From Neoechinorhynchus agilis (lineage: Eukaryota > Animalia > Acanthocephala): 64,000 nt of DNA. The position numbers and the translations under genes are program-made. Below the pieces are notes generated by a model that was given only the letters and a program-made list of their open reading frames with translations, did not search any database and had not been told where the DNA came from. This document shows positions 11,960 to 24,135 of the stretch, one piece after another. The stretch is from contig CM121342.1 of assembly GCA_051530055.1 (NCBI GenBank), forward strand, positions 2,762,797 through 2,826,796, written 5' to 3'. The stretch's first letter is position 1; each line of letters opens with the position of its first letter.

Positions 11960-13913
11960 TTAAATCATTCAAGCCACTGCTCTGGATCACTCAGCTGCCG
12001 TCCTGGTGTAACGGTCGAAAGGACGGATGCAGCGTTTTTCCGTGTTGCACAGCCGGACTTATGTTTTGTAGGAGGAATGCTCCTGATCTCTGATCGCCAG
12101 TGATTCGTCTCAATCTCTTAGACAATTGCTTGACCAGGTCCCACACCGCGGTAACAAACGACCCGAGCGCCTCGAAGCCAAAGGGAACAAAATAATGATT
12201 TCGACTCAGGTCCCTGTATTTTGTCCTTTTGCGTTCCTCAGCGGCAGTTGCTGCCCCCTCCTGGTTTAATAGTGGCGAATTTTATGTTGCTGGCAGGGAA
12301 TGGCGTCCCAGGGAAGGCATTTACATTCTTGCCACGGGAATACTGTGACACCGTCCGGTCTACGGCCATCGAGTCGGCAAAGATTGCTCGGCTCTCAGAT
12401 GTTGGGCGCATTCACAGTATTCAGGGCAAGGCTATGAGCATTGCGTTCACTTCGGCGTGTCGTGAGTATCTTCCGCCTGATTGCCGACAAACGAGATCAT
12501 GGCTTTCCGGCGGTTCCACGGTCGCTCCGCAACGGCAGAGGGCCTCCAATCCTCATTGTCGCGTCGGAGAGAGGGGCACCCACAGAAGCGATTGGGAGAG
12601 CGTTGAGCCAAGCACCGGATTCTCTTTAGAGACTGCCGCCAATCGAGTTCTTTTCGCCAGTTCACGAGAATCTGAAATTAAAGAGTTATTAATTCTCCCA
12701 AACTGATTGTTTGCAACCATTGACGGGTTCCTGCTCGCTGCCTGAATCTTCAGATCAAAGATTAAGCGCCTCCACGAAATCTTCATCCAAAGTGTAATTT
12801 TCGCCAATAAATGAATGAACTATTCTGCGGCTTGCTTCATACGATCCCAAATAAGCTGGCAGAGAAATATCGGCTGCTTTTCGGATACGCAAACCGCCGG
12901 GCGACACAGGCAAAGACGCTTGACGCCAGGCCTCGTTCGACAACTGAGTATTTAAAATCTTCTGTCTAATTTTGCCAGCTTATTCTTTGTCTAAAAACGG
13001 TGCTCTGCGCAGCTTATACAGCAGTTTTGGAATGAAGAGGGTGTTTTAATCAGGAACAGAGCCTCGTGTGAAGATAATTCGTCAACTCGTTCACACAGCA
13101 CCGAAAGTTGCGGTTGAAGATTGGCAATCTCTGCTTCAACATTAGAACCAAAATTGCATCTTCCAAGAAGATTCAACTGGTCTAGAGTGAACAATTCTAT
13201 CCCGGGGGCCAGGTTCTGAAAATCTTTCACGATAGTTTGCCTCGTCTAACTACGTTCATCACAACAATCTCGCATTTCTCAGCATTCAATACAATGCCAA
13301 TTTCCGTCGTCTCCTTCACAAGTGTCTCCAAATCGTTCAGTACTTCGGAGGGGTAACCTCCGAGCGTGGCATCGTCCAGGTACCAGCCATTAAACCTGGA
13401 CTGGAGAGAATGTGCTACGGGATTGACTGCAAGTGAGTAGACTGTTGGGCCCAAGGAATCCTCCTTGTTGAACTCCCCTTTCTGACAACAAAACGTGTTT
13501 ATTGAACAACAAGGGAGTTGAAATCCCATTAATCACTAAAGAAATATCAAAATGCTTCTGGTGCGTGATCTCTAACTACTTCGAGTAAATCTGCACGGTA
13601 AACTGTGTTGAAAGCATTTTTGAAATCGCATTTCAAGATCACGCACATCTTTGAGTTTCCGGTGATGAACGTGCGGAGTGATTGAACGATCCCTCTGCGC
13701 CACAGGGTGTACAGCAGCCTAAATGGGTGGGGCGAAGCAGTATCCCTACTTTTTCCAAGATAATTTTATTTTAAATTTTTGCTGTTAAGCGGCGCAGAGT
13801 TGTTCTAATTGCAATGGGACGAATCCCACCTTCCTTTTTTGCGAGGGCACACAAAGATGCGCAGAAATATAACTCCATTGCTTTCGGAATCAACTCTTCC
13901 CTTGCAAATCAAT
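11960..13913 (-). mobile_element. CRE-like RLE non-LTR retrotransposon, 5'-truncated and degenerate (lineage 1)
   Basis: Frameshifted pieces ASLCALAKKEGGIRPIAI, DFKNAFN, WYLDDATLGG, GGLRIRKAADISLPAYLGS and PWQECKCLPWD, ending in FVPFGFEALGS..LQNISPAVQ. Confidence 0.88.
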
Positions 13914-14102
13914 AAATAGTAGTAACGGGATATCATCTTCTGACGGTTCCTCTTGAATATCAACAACTCCAATCTGTCTGAGATCTTCATCCTCAGGTGA
14001 AAGTCCACTTGATTGTGATAAAGTAGCTATTTGCTGAACACCAATTTTTTCACAAATGACGATCGCGATTAAAATCATGAGCAGTAAATGAGTTATTCGC
14101 AT
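13890..14102 (-). pseudogene. Copy 2 of the secreted-peptide gene, truncated and fused to CRE sequence
   Basis: Identical to copy 1 up to LLLF, then continues IDLQGKS* from retrotransposon DNA. Confidence 0.6.
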
Positions 14103-15279
14103 TGCCGTCTTTGTCAAAATGGAAAGCAAATAGTAGATAACTTTTTTATGAGTGATACGTGCACTTGAGATTGTTTAGATGTATTCAATGCTTGCCGTAA
14201 ATTTACGCACGAGATTTGCTTCAAGAAAGCTTAACATTGACGAAATATTATGTATGTAATTTTGTAGTTCACAATCCGTTAAATTTCTACATCAAAAACA
14301 CTGTTTCTTAGATTAATTTTGGTTTCATTGGGTCGTTGGTAAATATCCCATCCGCCTGACAATCAACGAATCCCCGAATTTTATAAGGATTGTTAACAAA
14401 AACAATATTTAAAAATTTTCCACAATTTCAATAATGCCAAAATTCTATTTTTTACACAGCGCCTTAACAATAAAATCTGATAATTCTCTGATTCGCATTT
14501 TAAACAAGAATCACTATATAACTATTTTTCTGAGCATTTGAGAAAAGATCAGTAAATTATGTTGGTTTTGCGGGGTCGTTGTAAAATATTTCACCCGCCC
14601 GCCCCTCAACGGATCCTCATATTTAATAGGGGATTGCTTACAAAAACAATACTGAAAAATCAAGTGAAGAAATTGTCTCAAATAAAATAATTTAACTTTA
14701 GAAAATAAGAATCGCTCCGATGAGATTTAAACGAATTGTCCAAAAAGCCACTTCAATTCGAAAATTTGAAGAAATTTATTGTACACTGTAGAATCGCTCA
14801 ACGCTTGAATTTTACAATTCTAACAAGAAGGAAATAATTCGTCATAAAATCTTCGATTCGTGGGCAAATGTTACTCGATTGAACCTGCCATATAACAGAG
14901 TTATGCAGATATCCAAGATTACATTTTGTCAGCTGAAAAACCCCGAAGTACTTAATAACGGGCAAAATGAGGCTTCATAATCTCATAATAACAAAAACTA
15001 AATTTGTCCTCCTCGCCGATGACTTTTTTAAAAGGTGAAAAATTTCAGTACTTATTCGTGTCTAACAACTAAATTAAAGGCATCGGTAAGGATTCACTGG
15101 CTTCTAAAACCATCGAATATTTCCTTGTGAAACATAATCCCTTCAAATTTCTAATCACAAATTGTTTTGCTAGATTAGGTAGCTATGATTAACGAAATAT
15201 TGATATTATTTTTAAGAGTTGAGTTTTGGTGTTTTGATGCTCTCTTCGGTTGAGCATCACGATTGCCGTTCGCCGACAC

Positions 15280-16379
15280 TTATTCGGTCGGATTAAATCG
15301 ATTGTAATTTTGTTGGTTAATGTTGTAGTTGCGGAGAGCAGCCATCGCTTGCTGCTGTGAAATCACTACTCCTGAGTTTAAGGCTCTTATTTCGCCGCAT
15401 CGCTGACAAAAAGGCAAAAGGAGGAACTGTGACATTTCGTGTGAGTGGTTCGGATCAATGCAAATATTGATTTGACAGAATATTTGGCTAGCTGGGTTTG
15501 TATTGTAGGCTCGTTGATTAGTTTGAATATTTATTCCGTTTTGGTGAATCGCGGTATTGCCATTGTTAAAATTTCCTCCAAAATTCATGTTTTCAACAGT
15601 TGCGCTATTTTGCTGCGTTGAAAAAGCGTCAAAACCGGTCATCTGATGATTGTTCGCCAAGTTCAAATTTTCATTCTGGAAATATCCATTGGATGCCACA
15701 TTCCCAAACCCCAACGGTTGGTTTGGATTTCCAATATTGGTACTGTTATTCCAGAATCCTTGGCCCAAATAAGATGCGTTTATATTTTCCGCCGTCCGGT
15801 TAAATTCTTGGTGTGTTGCACTGTCTTGACCTCTCGTTAAATTTGAGAATCGGGTTCGCTCATTTTGGCTTTCGGTCATTGAACTCGAATTTTCCCGTTT
15901 CCGATATGGTCTTTGGCTTTCTGGTTCCACACAATTCGGGATAATTGTCCACAACGATTTTTTCGGATTGTTATATTGCTCTATTTTAAAGAATTTTTTG
16001 TGTTGCGTGAGATTATGCCTTACTGCATTCTAAATACGATTTCGGTGACTATTCAGTTGTCAAGTAATAGGAAGCTTACCTTCCAACGCCTGCTTTCTAC
16101 AATGCCCGTGTGATCCCTAAAATAAGGAATATTCTCCTCCAACCAGGAATAAATTTCTCTGAGTGTTAACTTTTTGTCTGGACTGCTAATAATTGCGTTC
16201 GTAATTAGATCAGCGTATGTGTATGGTCCCCATGGGTTAATTCGTCGACATTTTTTCTGAACGGGAGCAATCGATTCTGTATTGGTTTCCGATGAATTTC
16301 CTTCGAACCATTGATTGCTGTTTCCCAGGTCCGATTCATCATCATGAGAACGAGTGGAACTTTTCCTTGAATGCGGCAT
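15280..16379 (-). CDS. Divergent FOXO-like factor, copy 2
   Basis: Translations are identical to copy 1 in the listed sense and antisense ORFs. Confidence 0.85.
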
Positions 16380-17432
16380 CTAAATGAAAAGCCGGATTTA
16401 AGATTAATTTAATGTAAACTAATAAAAATGGAATAGAACATAAATGTTCATCGAATCGATCAGTACAATCGACGGAAATCTAGTAGATGATTGAACGAGT
16501 CTATGTTCGAACTATCTTGAGTGAATGAGTGAATTGTATTTATACTCTCCGATACGAAAACAATTGCCTTGTTGTTTGATTGAACGTTATACCTTAAGGT
16601 TGTTGTTTTGAATGTCGTCAAATAAAATTTCACTTCGTTTTGATTTTCCATGATTTGTTTTCAAGGGCTTCGATTTTGTGAAGTTTGATCACTGTCACTC
16701 TTGCAAAAAATTTTTTTAGTTGATATTGGACCTTATTTTGGGCTTCTAACGAGCATTGATGCCTTTGTAAGGTCATAATGCTTATTTCCGATCTTTCTAA
16801 TGGGTATCTTCCTAAACGGTCAACTCTGCGAAAAGAAGTTATCACAAACAAGTTCTTGAGTCAATTCTCCGCAGTTTACAAACTGGATTTTACCTACCAA
16901 CTTCGGTCAATCGTGAATTCATTTCATACGATAATACGGCTTTGATTTTAAGTACTCGTTTCACAGAACTCCTCAAACTTTTTGATAGGATGAGCATTCA
17001 AATCTTGTAAAAAAATACCAACAACTTTTTTTCGAGTTAGACCATTTGTAAACAGTTTTGCCTGAAAAGTATTCTACATTTGAGCATAGTGTCCGGATAA
17101 CGAATTGATTTCATTTTTAATTCTAAACCTTACCGAAAGGAAAAGAGTGACTTAGAACGCCTCTTGCAACTAAAAGTCTCATTAAAATCGCATTAAAAAT
17201 CATCATTGGTATTTATTTGTTTGGATTGAAAGCCAAACAATGATGAATTTTCGCTGCGTTGCTTTTTCTATATTCCTTTACTCTAAAATCAATTTCCGCT
17301 TTTTGTTTGTAGAGGTTGGGACAAAGCGAATAAATAAAATGAAGCTTTTTAATTTGGTAACCTTATTTCTCATAAATAACGTGGCCATTGCAAATTTAAA
17401 GCAAACAATTTTATATAGAAAATCAACCGCAA

Positions 17433-20291
17433 TTATCTTTTCTTTTTGTTTTTGCCATTTTCTTTATCTGTGTGTTCTGAAATTGGCATCATGATTTTAC
17501 GGTTCGGGTCAGGTTCCACAATAAGAGGACTTTGATGGTATAAATATACAATAATTATTTTTAATAAAACCTTACGTACCTATAATCAAAAGCGCCATCT
17601 TTGCAATGAGCCTTCATGTGATCTCTAATGGCAGTTCTCATCCTTCCGGTCAGGGGAATTTTCATCGACTTAATAAAAACAAAATTACTTAAATTTGCAC
17701 AAAGATATTAAATACCATAAGAATAAGTTTAATGTCTTCTACATAAACTGTCGCATCATTGTTTTTATCGTGCACTGAGAATGCTTTGGTAATGTCGAAA
17801 TTCAGTAAATGGCAATATCTTAACAACGTTTTCATTGGCCACTGAATGAACAGTATTTCCAGCGCATGTTGAGTAAGTAGTCGAAGGTCAATGGTGTCCA
17901 AAAAGGTATTACGAGGTACTAAAGAGAGCGAATTGAAGTTACTGTGAATTTACCTTAAAAAGAACACAATAATGTTTTAACATGGGGATTAAAAATCATT
18001 AAAAACTTTTTATGGCAATCTAATTGAAAAAAATATCGCGCTTATCAAAAAGGAATACGTTATGCTAATTTTTGTTAGTAAACAATATTCTAGGATCCCG
18101 ACCAAAGTTTATTTTGACCATTGCTTAAAACATATATAATTACTTTTTGTTTAATACATAAATTTTCGCGTCTAATTTATTTTTTCTCTTTTAAGCGACC
18201 GTAAATTTTTTTATTGTAAAAGTTTTGTTTCAGTTTGTAAAGAGCTTTTAAAATAAGGATGAAGCACATTTGCAAATACTCACGATACTTGAATGCTTGT
18301 GAAGTCTGTGCAGCTTCGTATTCATAATAGACTTTAATAGGTCGAAGATGATTGTTGATATAAGAAATGAGACCGATGAAACACTCGTCCGCTATTTGTC
18401 CGGTCATATCTAAATAATTAACCTCGCATTTTTGATTCGCCAAACCCATCGCAATCAACGTAACACCAAGGGTTCCGATTGGATTAAGTCCAAACTGAAT
18501 ATGGTGAGCGGGAAGTGGACGTAAATTACAATACCTTTAATTTCTTCAAAGTAGAATTTGGATAAAAATCGGCTGCGAATATGGTGGCTCCACCCCACAT
18601 TATCGAGCATCCCGTCAGATTCAATTCAATCAAGGATTTGTTCAAAGACATCGATTTTGCGAGAATCATCATTTCATTACTTTCAATCCAATTGTAACTT
18701 AAGTTTAGCACCTCAAGGGTTCTCGCGTTCCGAATTTCGCGAAGTAAACTACCAAGTCCTCGAGTGTTCAAACCACACGAAGATACATCGAGCAACCGGA
18801 GATTGCAGTTCTCTGATCCTAATTGCACTGAAATTCTTCGAAGAAGTAAAATATTTCAGTACCTATATGACGAGCAATGGAATTCATCGCGACCGGTGAA
18901 ACGGAGTTGTAACTGATATTGAGCTCTGCAAGATTGTCTAGTTGCTATCGAATGAACAGTAAATTGAGAGAAAGATTAATGGAATAAAAATAAACTTATT
19001 TTGAAAAAAGCTTAATTTTTTTCGTTAAGCAGGATTCATGGGCTTTTTTTTGGAAAACATCAATGATTCCAGATCGTTTAATTTCAGTAAACGAGTTTTG
19101 GTGCATTTTAAAGAGCTTAAACTGGAATTGTACTTGGGACAATAAAAAGATATGGTTCTTGATTCTAGAACAAATAACACAACCAAAATCCTGCTCGGTT
19201 CAAATACGTATTTTTTATTCATCGTTTCAGATATAAAATGTTTACAGCCTTTTGCTTGAAAAATTAAATTTTTATTTCACTGTTACCTTTAACAAATTTA
19301 TAATGACTTTCTCTGATTTTATTGTCATTCCTACATCTAAGGAAGGTCATTGCTTAAATATTAAGTTCGGATTTTGAACTTTACTTGCAATACAAAGAGA
19401 CGTAATGCTTTTACATCCCGCGATCAAAGAATCTACTAGAAGTCGTATTCCATCGTCTCCAATTCCACAATTGTGAGAAATGTCCTATTCTCGCGTTCCT
19501 GTAAATGATATTTTCCGGGAAACTCACAATGGTCGAAAATTGCGATCCGTATTTAATAAGATCGACAATGTATCCTACTGATTTGATCTCTAGGCAGTTA
19601 TTCCTAACAGTTAGGTGCTCACAAGTAGAATCGACCTAAAAACAAATTTAACGAATTCGACAATGCTGTGATTTTTCAAAAGAAAACCATTAGCGCTATA
19701 CACATTGCCAAGAATCCGTTATCACCTAAAATGCAATTATCCGCATCCATTTTACTGCCTCCAGATTCTAATTGATCCGCAATGTGTCCGTAAGCAACAA
19801 CCTTTAACTCTAAGGCAGCCTTGAAATAGACTAATGTTGCATTTTTGTTGTATTGAGATGGAAAACGAGGTTCTAAAAAATTTGGAATTGAAACAACAAT
19901 CGTAAATCGGCCGAACTACAACCAAATATCGAGCTTTTGCGTTGTGTAATCAGTGATAATGAACGTGACAAAGTTCTTGGCTTTTTTGGATCAAACTTAT
20001 TAATTGCATCAACGATATTCGGCGGCCATAAATCATCATAAAGTGAATTTGAACTCCCAGCATTGACCGGTCTGGATAATTATGGATCATAAAAGGCATT
20101 GGGCACTAATATTTTACCCCAAATTTAATTTGCCATCAGACATAAACTCTTTTAGCCTGATGAAATCGCTTTTTAATTGAATAATTGAGAGTTTGTTTCC
20201 ATGACCACACTTTTTTGAGAGCTTTTGTGCTTTTTAATATTGCTTTTTGTAATAACTAAAAATTCAATCTTAGTGGTTTTCGAGCCGCCAT
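17433..20291 (-). CDS. LRRC74-like LRR/EF-hand protein, copy 2
   Basis: Mirror of 2591-5449; the 100-aa and 70-aa exon ORFs are identical. Confidence 0.7.
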
Positions 20292-20358
20292 TCGTGAGAC
20301 AAAAAATAAGTATCGCAAATAAATAAAGGAAAGTTTATATTTTTAAGGATCACTTGTA

Positions 20359-20406
20359 TTTTAGAGCTGATGATGAATCCGACGCGGTTGGAAACGTCTT
20401 TAATAA
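20359..20406 (+). ncRNA. Hammerhead-like motif, family A, likely inactivated
   Basis: CUGAUGA-u-GAAUC-cgacgc-GGUUG-GAAACGUC: the helix II closing pair is G-G here instead of G-C. Confidence 0.5.
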
Positions 20407-21363
20407 ATAATCATTTACCGGGTGTAGACCTAAACAATAATTTCAACCACATTTCCCGGTACTTCACATATCGACATTTTTAGTATGAATTGATCGAAAA
20501 GTATCGATTTTTCTTTTCCTCCGAATTTGTTCCCAAACCGAAAGCAAACGAAAAATTTTATTACTTTTATTTTGCTTAGCTTTTAATTGCAAAATAAATA
20601 TTAAATTGTAAATGTATAAGTTCATCGACCAATGCAGTGCTTTATCATTTTCATTTGCTTTCTGTTTCGACGTTCTTCAAACTTCTTATTAACGATATAG
20701 GCAACAAATCACTGATATTACTTCCCAAGAAGTCGTTGAATTTTCACATATTATCTCGTTAAGAATAGAAAATGTTAAAAAGGCTTGAAGGTCCTCATGT
20801 CCATTCAGGTGATTTCCTTCTTGAAAGGATCACCATTTTGGGTTAACTGACTGTAGTATAACTCTTATTGACCATGAAAAAGTAGGTTTTAAATAGCATT
20901 CTACATTATATGATGAGCCAAAAAGTGAACTTACCTCCGTTGAACATAATTTATCTTATCTAAATATGAATTTTAACTAGCAACGTTTATTGGATAAAAA
21001 GTAGCACCTAAGCTTTCAAATCCGACAACTCGCTTATTCCCATTTTCAATAAAAATCATGATAAGTTGAAATATTTTTTCAAAGCATTTGAGAAAAGCTC
21101 AAGAAATTATTTTGGTTTCACGTGGTCGTTGAAGAATATCCCAACCGCCCACCCACTAAACAGATCCCAAAATAAAAAAAGATTGTTTACAAAAACAATA
21201 CTTAAAAATCTTAAAAAAATTCGGTCCTACGATTCTCTTATTCTCATTTTTAATAAGAATATGCACCGAGATCGTTAAGATCTTTTTCTCTGCAGCGATT
21301 TGATGCTTCACTGAGACCGACGAATTGAATGCGCTGGAATCTTCATTGTAATTTAAAGAATCC

Positions 21364-22947
21364 TTACTTTGAAAACTCTGCGAACTGGGATCTCGTTTCC
21401 TGTTCGTCTTTCTTAATAACTTTAGAATTTGATACTCCACTTTTAAAAACCGGGGCTGGTCGTTTTCTTAATAATGAGCTTTCATATTGTGAATCGTCTT
21501 GAATCCTTCTCTCCATTTGTCCTCGTGACAATTCAAAACTGTCATTCAGTGCTTGCATCTTCATTGAGGATTCAAGCCCATTATGAAACCCTTGGCGAAT
21601 CATTTGAATAGAAGGTTTAAAGTTCCTCTTTTTTGACGATATCTCTAAGCATTCAACCTTTAATTTTCGCTTTTCAGGAGACGCTCGAGGTTGATAGCTC
21701 TCACTCAAAGATTTGTCTTTTGTTTCCTTTATTTCATTGTTCACTTCCACTTGTTCATTTGCAACTGCAAATGTTGAATCGGACACTTGTTTTTTGCTAT
21801 CTTTCATTGAACGTCTTTTCTTCATTCCTTCATTGGAGACTTCAATGCTCATTGGTTCAGCTTTTGCCCTGCATGAAATCCCTTGAGCTTCAGTGTCTTT
21901 TATAAGTGACCGAAATTTCTTATTTTGTTTTGTATGTTCAAGGAATAGTTCGTTTCCGCCAGACTGCATCATTTTCTTAGATTTTTTCAGCTGGCGAATT
22001 CCATCATAAACTTTTTCGTCTATCTTTTCATTTGATCGGATTCGTTTCCTTTCTTCGATTGATGTTTCTAAGTTATCGAGCTGCAACGATCGCTTTCTTT
22101 CTAACGTTTGAAGCTTGTTAATTTCAATACGACATTCTTGTCGAATCGATTTTACTGAGTCCTTTTGCTCTGTTAACACTGGGGACTTTCCTATATTTAA
22201 CGTATTTTTCCTTCTTTTTATTGTAGGCGATTTTTGTTGCTTAATAGTTTTACTTAGAGATATTTCATCGGTGTTTTGAATTGAGTCGTTTTGTTCCATG
22301 GACGGTATTCGAAAATTTCTATTGGTTGCATCTGGCTCAGAACTTTCATTTGTAGATTTTTCATCGATTGTTCCAATTGAATTATATTGATTCGAAGACG
22401 CTACCTTGCAATTTTTTGCAGAGCTTTTAGTTCGATTACCTTTACCAAGAACTTTCTCATTAATGTTTTTAAGCAAGTCTTTTTGTTCCACTTTTTCCGA
22501 TGATGTTACCGTGATTTCTTGTTGTTTCTTTGCATTTCCATTAGATTGTTGAATACAAAATCCTTCACAAATCGATTCATCTTTAACATTTTCAATTGGC
22601 TCATTCATATCCGGCGGCATTTCTTTATCTTCCACAGCACTTCCTTTTCTTTTGCTCGAACTTTTCTTGCCAAAGGAGCCTTCAACAGATCCATACTTTG
22701 CCTTCAAATAATAATTCCAACTGATGGTCTTAAAAATGTCCGCATTTTTATGAGCGATTCTTTTGACTGTGTAGTCCAGTTGTTGGCACGATGTGGATTT
22801 ATGCGGCTCCGATCTTCTCCTATAGACCACTGTGTCAATTGGTGAAATGTCGTCTAGAGTAACAATTGATTTCTCTACATTCGACTCATTCGTTTCCGAC
22901 TTCTTGTTATCTTTTGCTTTCATTTCCATTTTTGTTGTGTTGGCCAT
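21364..22947 (-). CDS. Lys/Ser/Glu-rich protein, copy 2 (527-aa exon)
   Basis: Uninterrupted 527-aa ORF from an ATG, with about 12 aa differences from copy 1 in the shared region. Confidence 0.65.
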   Translation of the reverse strand: MANTTKMEMKAKDNKKSETNESNVEKSIVTLDDISPIDTVVYRRRSEPHKSTSCQQLDYTVKRIAHKNADIFKTISWNYYLKAKYGSVEGSFGKKSSSKRKGSAVEDKEMPPDMNEPIENVKDESICEGFCIQQSNGNAKKQQEITVTSSEKVEQKDLLKNINEKVLGKGNRTKSSAKNCKVASSNQYNSIGTIDEKSTNESSEPDATNRNFRIPSMEQNDSIQNTDEISLSKTIKQQKSPTIKRRKNTLNIGKSPVLTEQKDSVKSIRQECRIEINKLQTLERKRSLQLDNLETSIEERKRIRSNEKIDEKVYDGIRQLKKSKKMMQSGGNELFLEHTKQNKKFRSLIKDTEAQGISCRAKAEPMSIEVSNEGMKKRRSMKDSKKQVSDSTFAVANEQVEVNNEIKETKDKSLSESYQPRASPEKRKLKVECLEISSKKRNFKPSIQMIRQGFHNGLESSMKMQALNDSFELSRGQMERRIQDDSQYESSLLRKRPAPVFKSGVSNSKVIKKDEQETRSQFAEFSK

Positions 22948-23699
22948 TTTCGAGAATAAGTTATAAACGTTTATAAAGGTAAAAAAAGAAGAAAATAGAG
23001 CCTATCACAGCCTTTGTCGGCGATGCGAGTTTTGTGCTAATTTGTTTGGTACAAATGAAGGTGGAACACGTGAGGTTGCTATGGTAAAATAAGCAAAGCA
23101 AATTTTCTAAGAAAACAAATATTTTTTTCAATAAAAAAAATTAATTTTATTTTTACTGGAAAATTTCTTTTGTTGGCTTTTGGTCCATCAGATTAAGTTC
23201 TGTGTTTTAAGAAATGAATGATTTTAAAAACCTGACGGGCGAAGGTTTTATCCTATGTATTGCAATTTTCTAGCATTTGGATTAACATTAAGTTGAATGT
23301 TTTTTTGTGCTTTTTGCAATTACTGCCGTCTTTTATCATAAGAACTTTGATGGGATTCTCGCGAAAAATTTTCAATTTATGTTGTTAGTTGTTTAATTTT
23401 GTCATATTAAATTTTTGTTGACGATAATGTTAGCCCAATATTAAAGGTACATTTATTTCTAGATTGTATTTGGTATTCTATTTTAATAGTTGCTGGAACC
23501 TTTATGGAAAAATTAAGTCAAGATTGCAAACATATTTTTATGTTTTATTTTTTTTAATTTATTTGATTCTTTGAAGCAATGCTTACATATAACAAATGTA
23601 CATGACAATTTCGATTTACGAATCCCTTCTCGTACTTATGGTTCCAACTTCTCCTTTTTAAGCATTTTTTGTAGTGAAAGTTTAGTTAGACAAAAGCAC

Positions 23700-23772
23700 T
23701 TTTCGAGGGTTTATTTGATTTATAAGGAAAATACATGCAAGCGTAAGTGTAAAAGCTGTCGAAGCTGACAAA
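23700..23772 (-). pseudogene. Short duplicate of the N-terminal coding segment of the PKA-like kinase
   Basis: FVSFDSFYTYACMYFPYKSNKPS versus FVSFDSFYTYASMYFRHKFNKPS at ~25075-25145. Confidence 0.75.
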
Positions 23773-24135
23773 GGTGGAGATCCTCACTTTAACGCTTACA
23801 GCTCTAACGTTTCCTCTTATCATCAACGATACCGAGTGCAAGTAAAATAAATAAAAAACAATTCGCCTCAACTTATCGCAATTTGCATGTCGCGTTTTTT
23901 CTAAGTCGAAAATGGCGATAATAGAATTGTAGCGATTTTCAAAGCACAGGAAGGTTACAAGCGGTTCTCCTCTGTTCGAGCTCCTTGATATTATTTAAAG
24001 AAATCGCAAATTCAGCGAGTTTATGCAAAAAATTAATATTATTAGTCAAAAATTGCGTGGAAGGAGTACAGCGTCTTTTTGAATAAGGAACGTTAGCCCA
24101 TCGCACAATCGGAAAATAATATAAAGTTTTATTGG

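Larger units (their letters stand above)
13914..22876. repeat. Right arm of the large inverted duplication
   Basis: Reverse complement of 1-8968, about 99% identical by ORF comparison. Confidence 0.95.
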
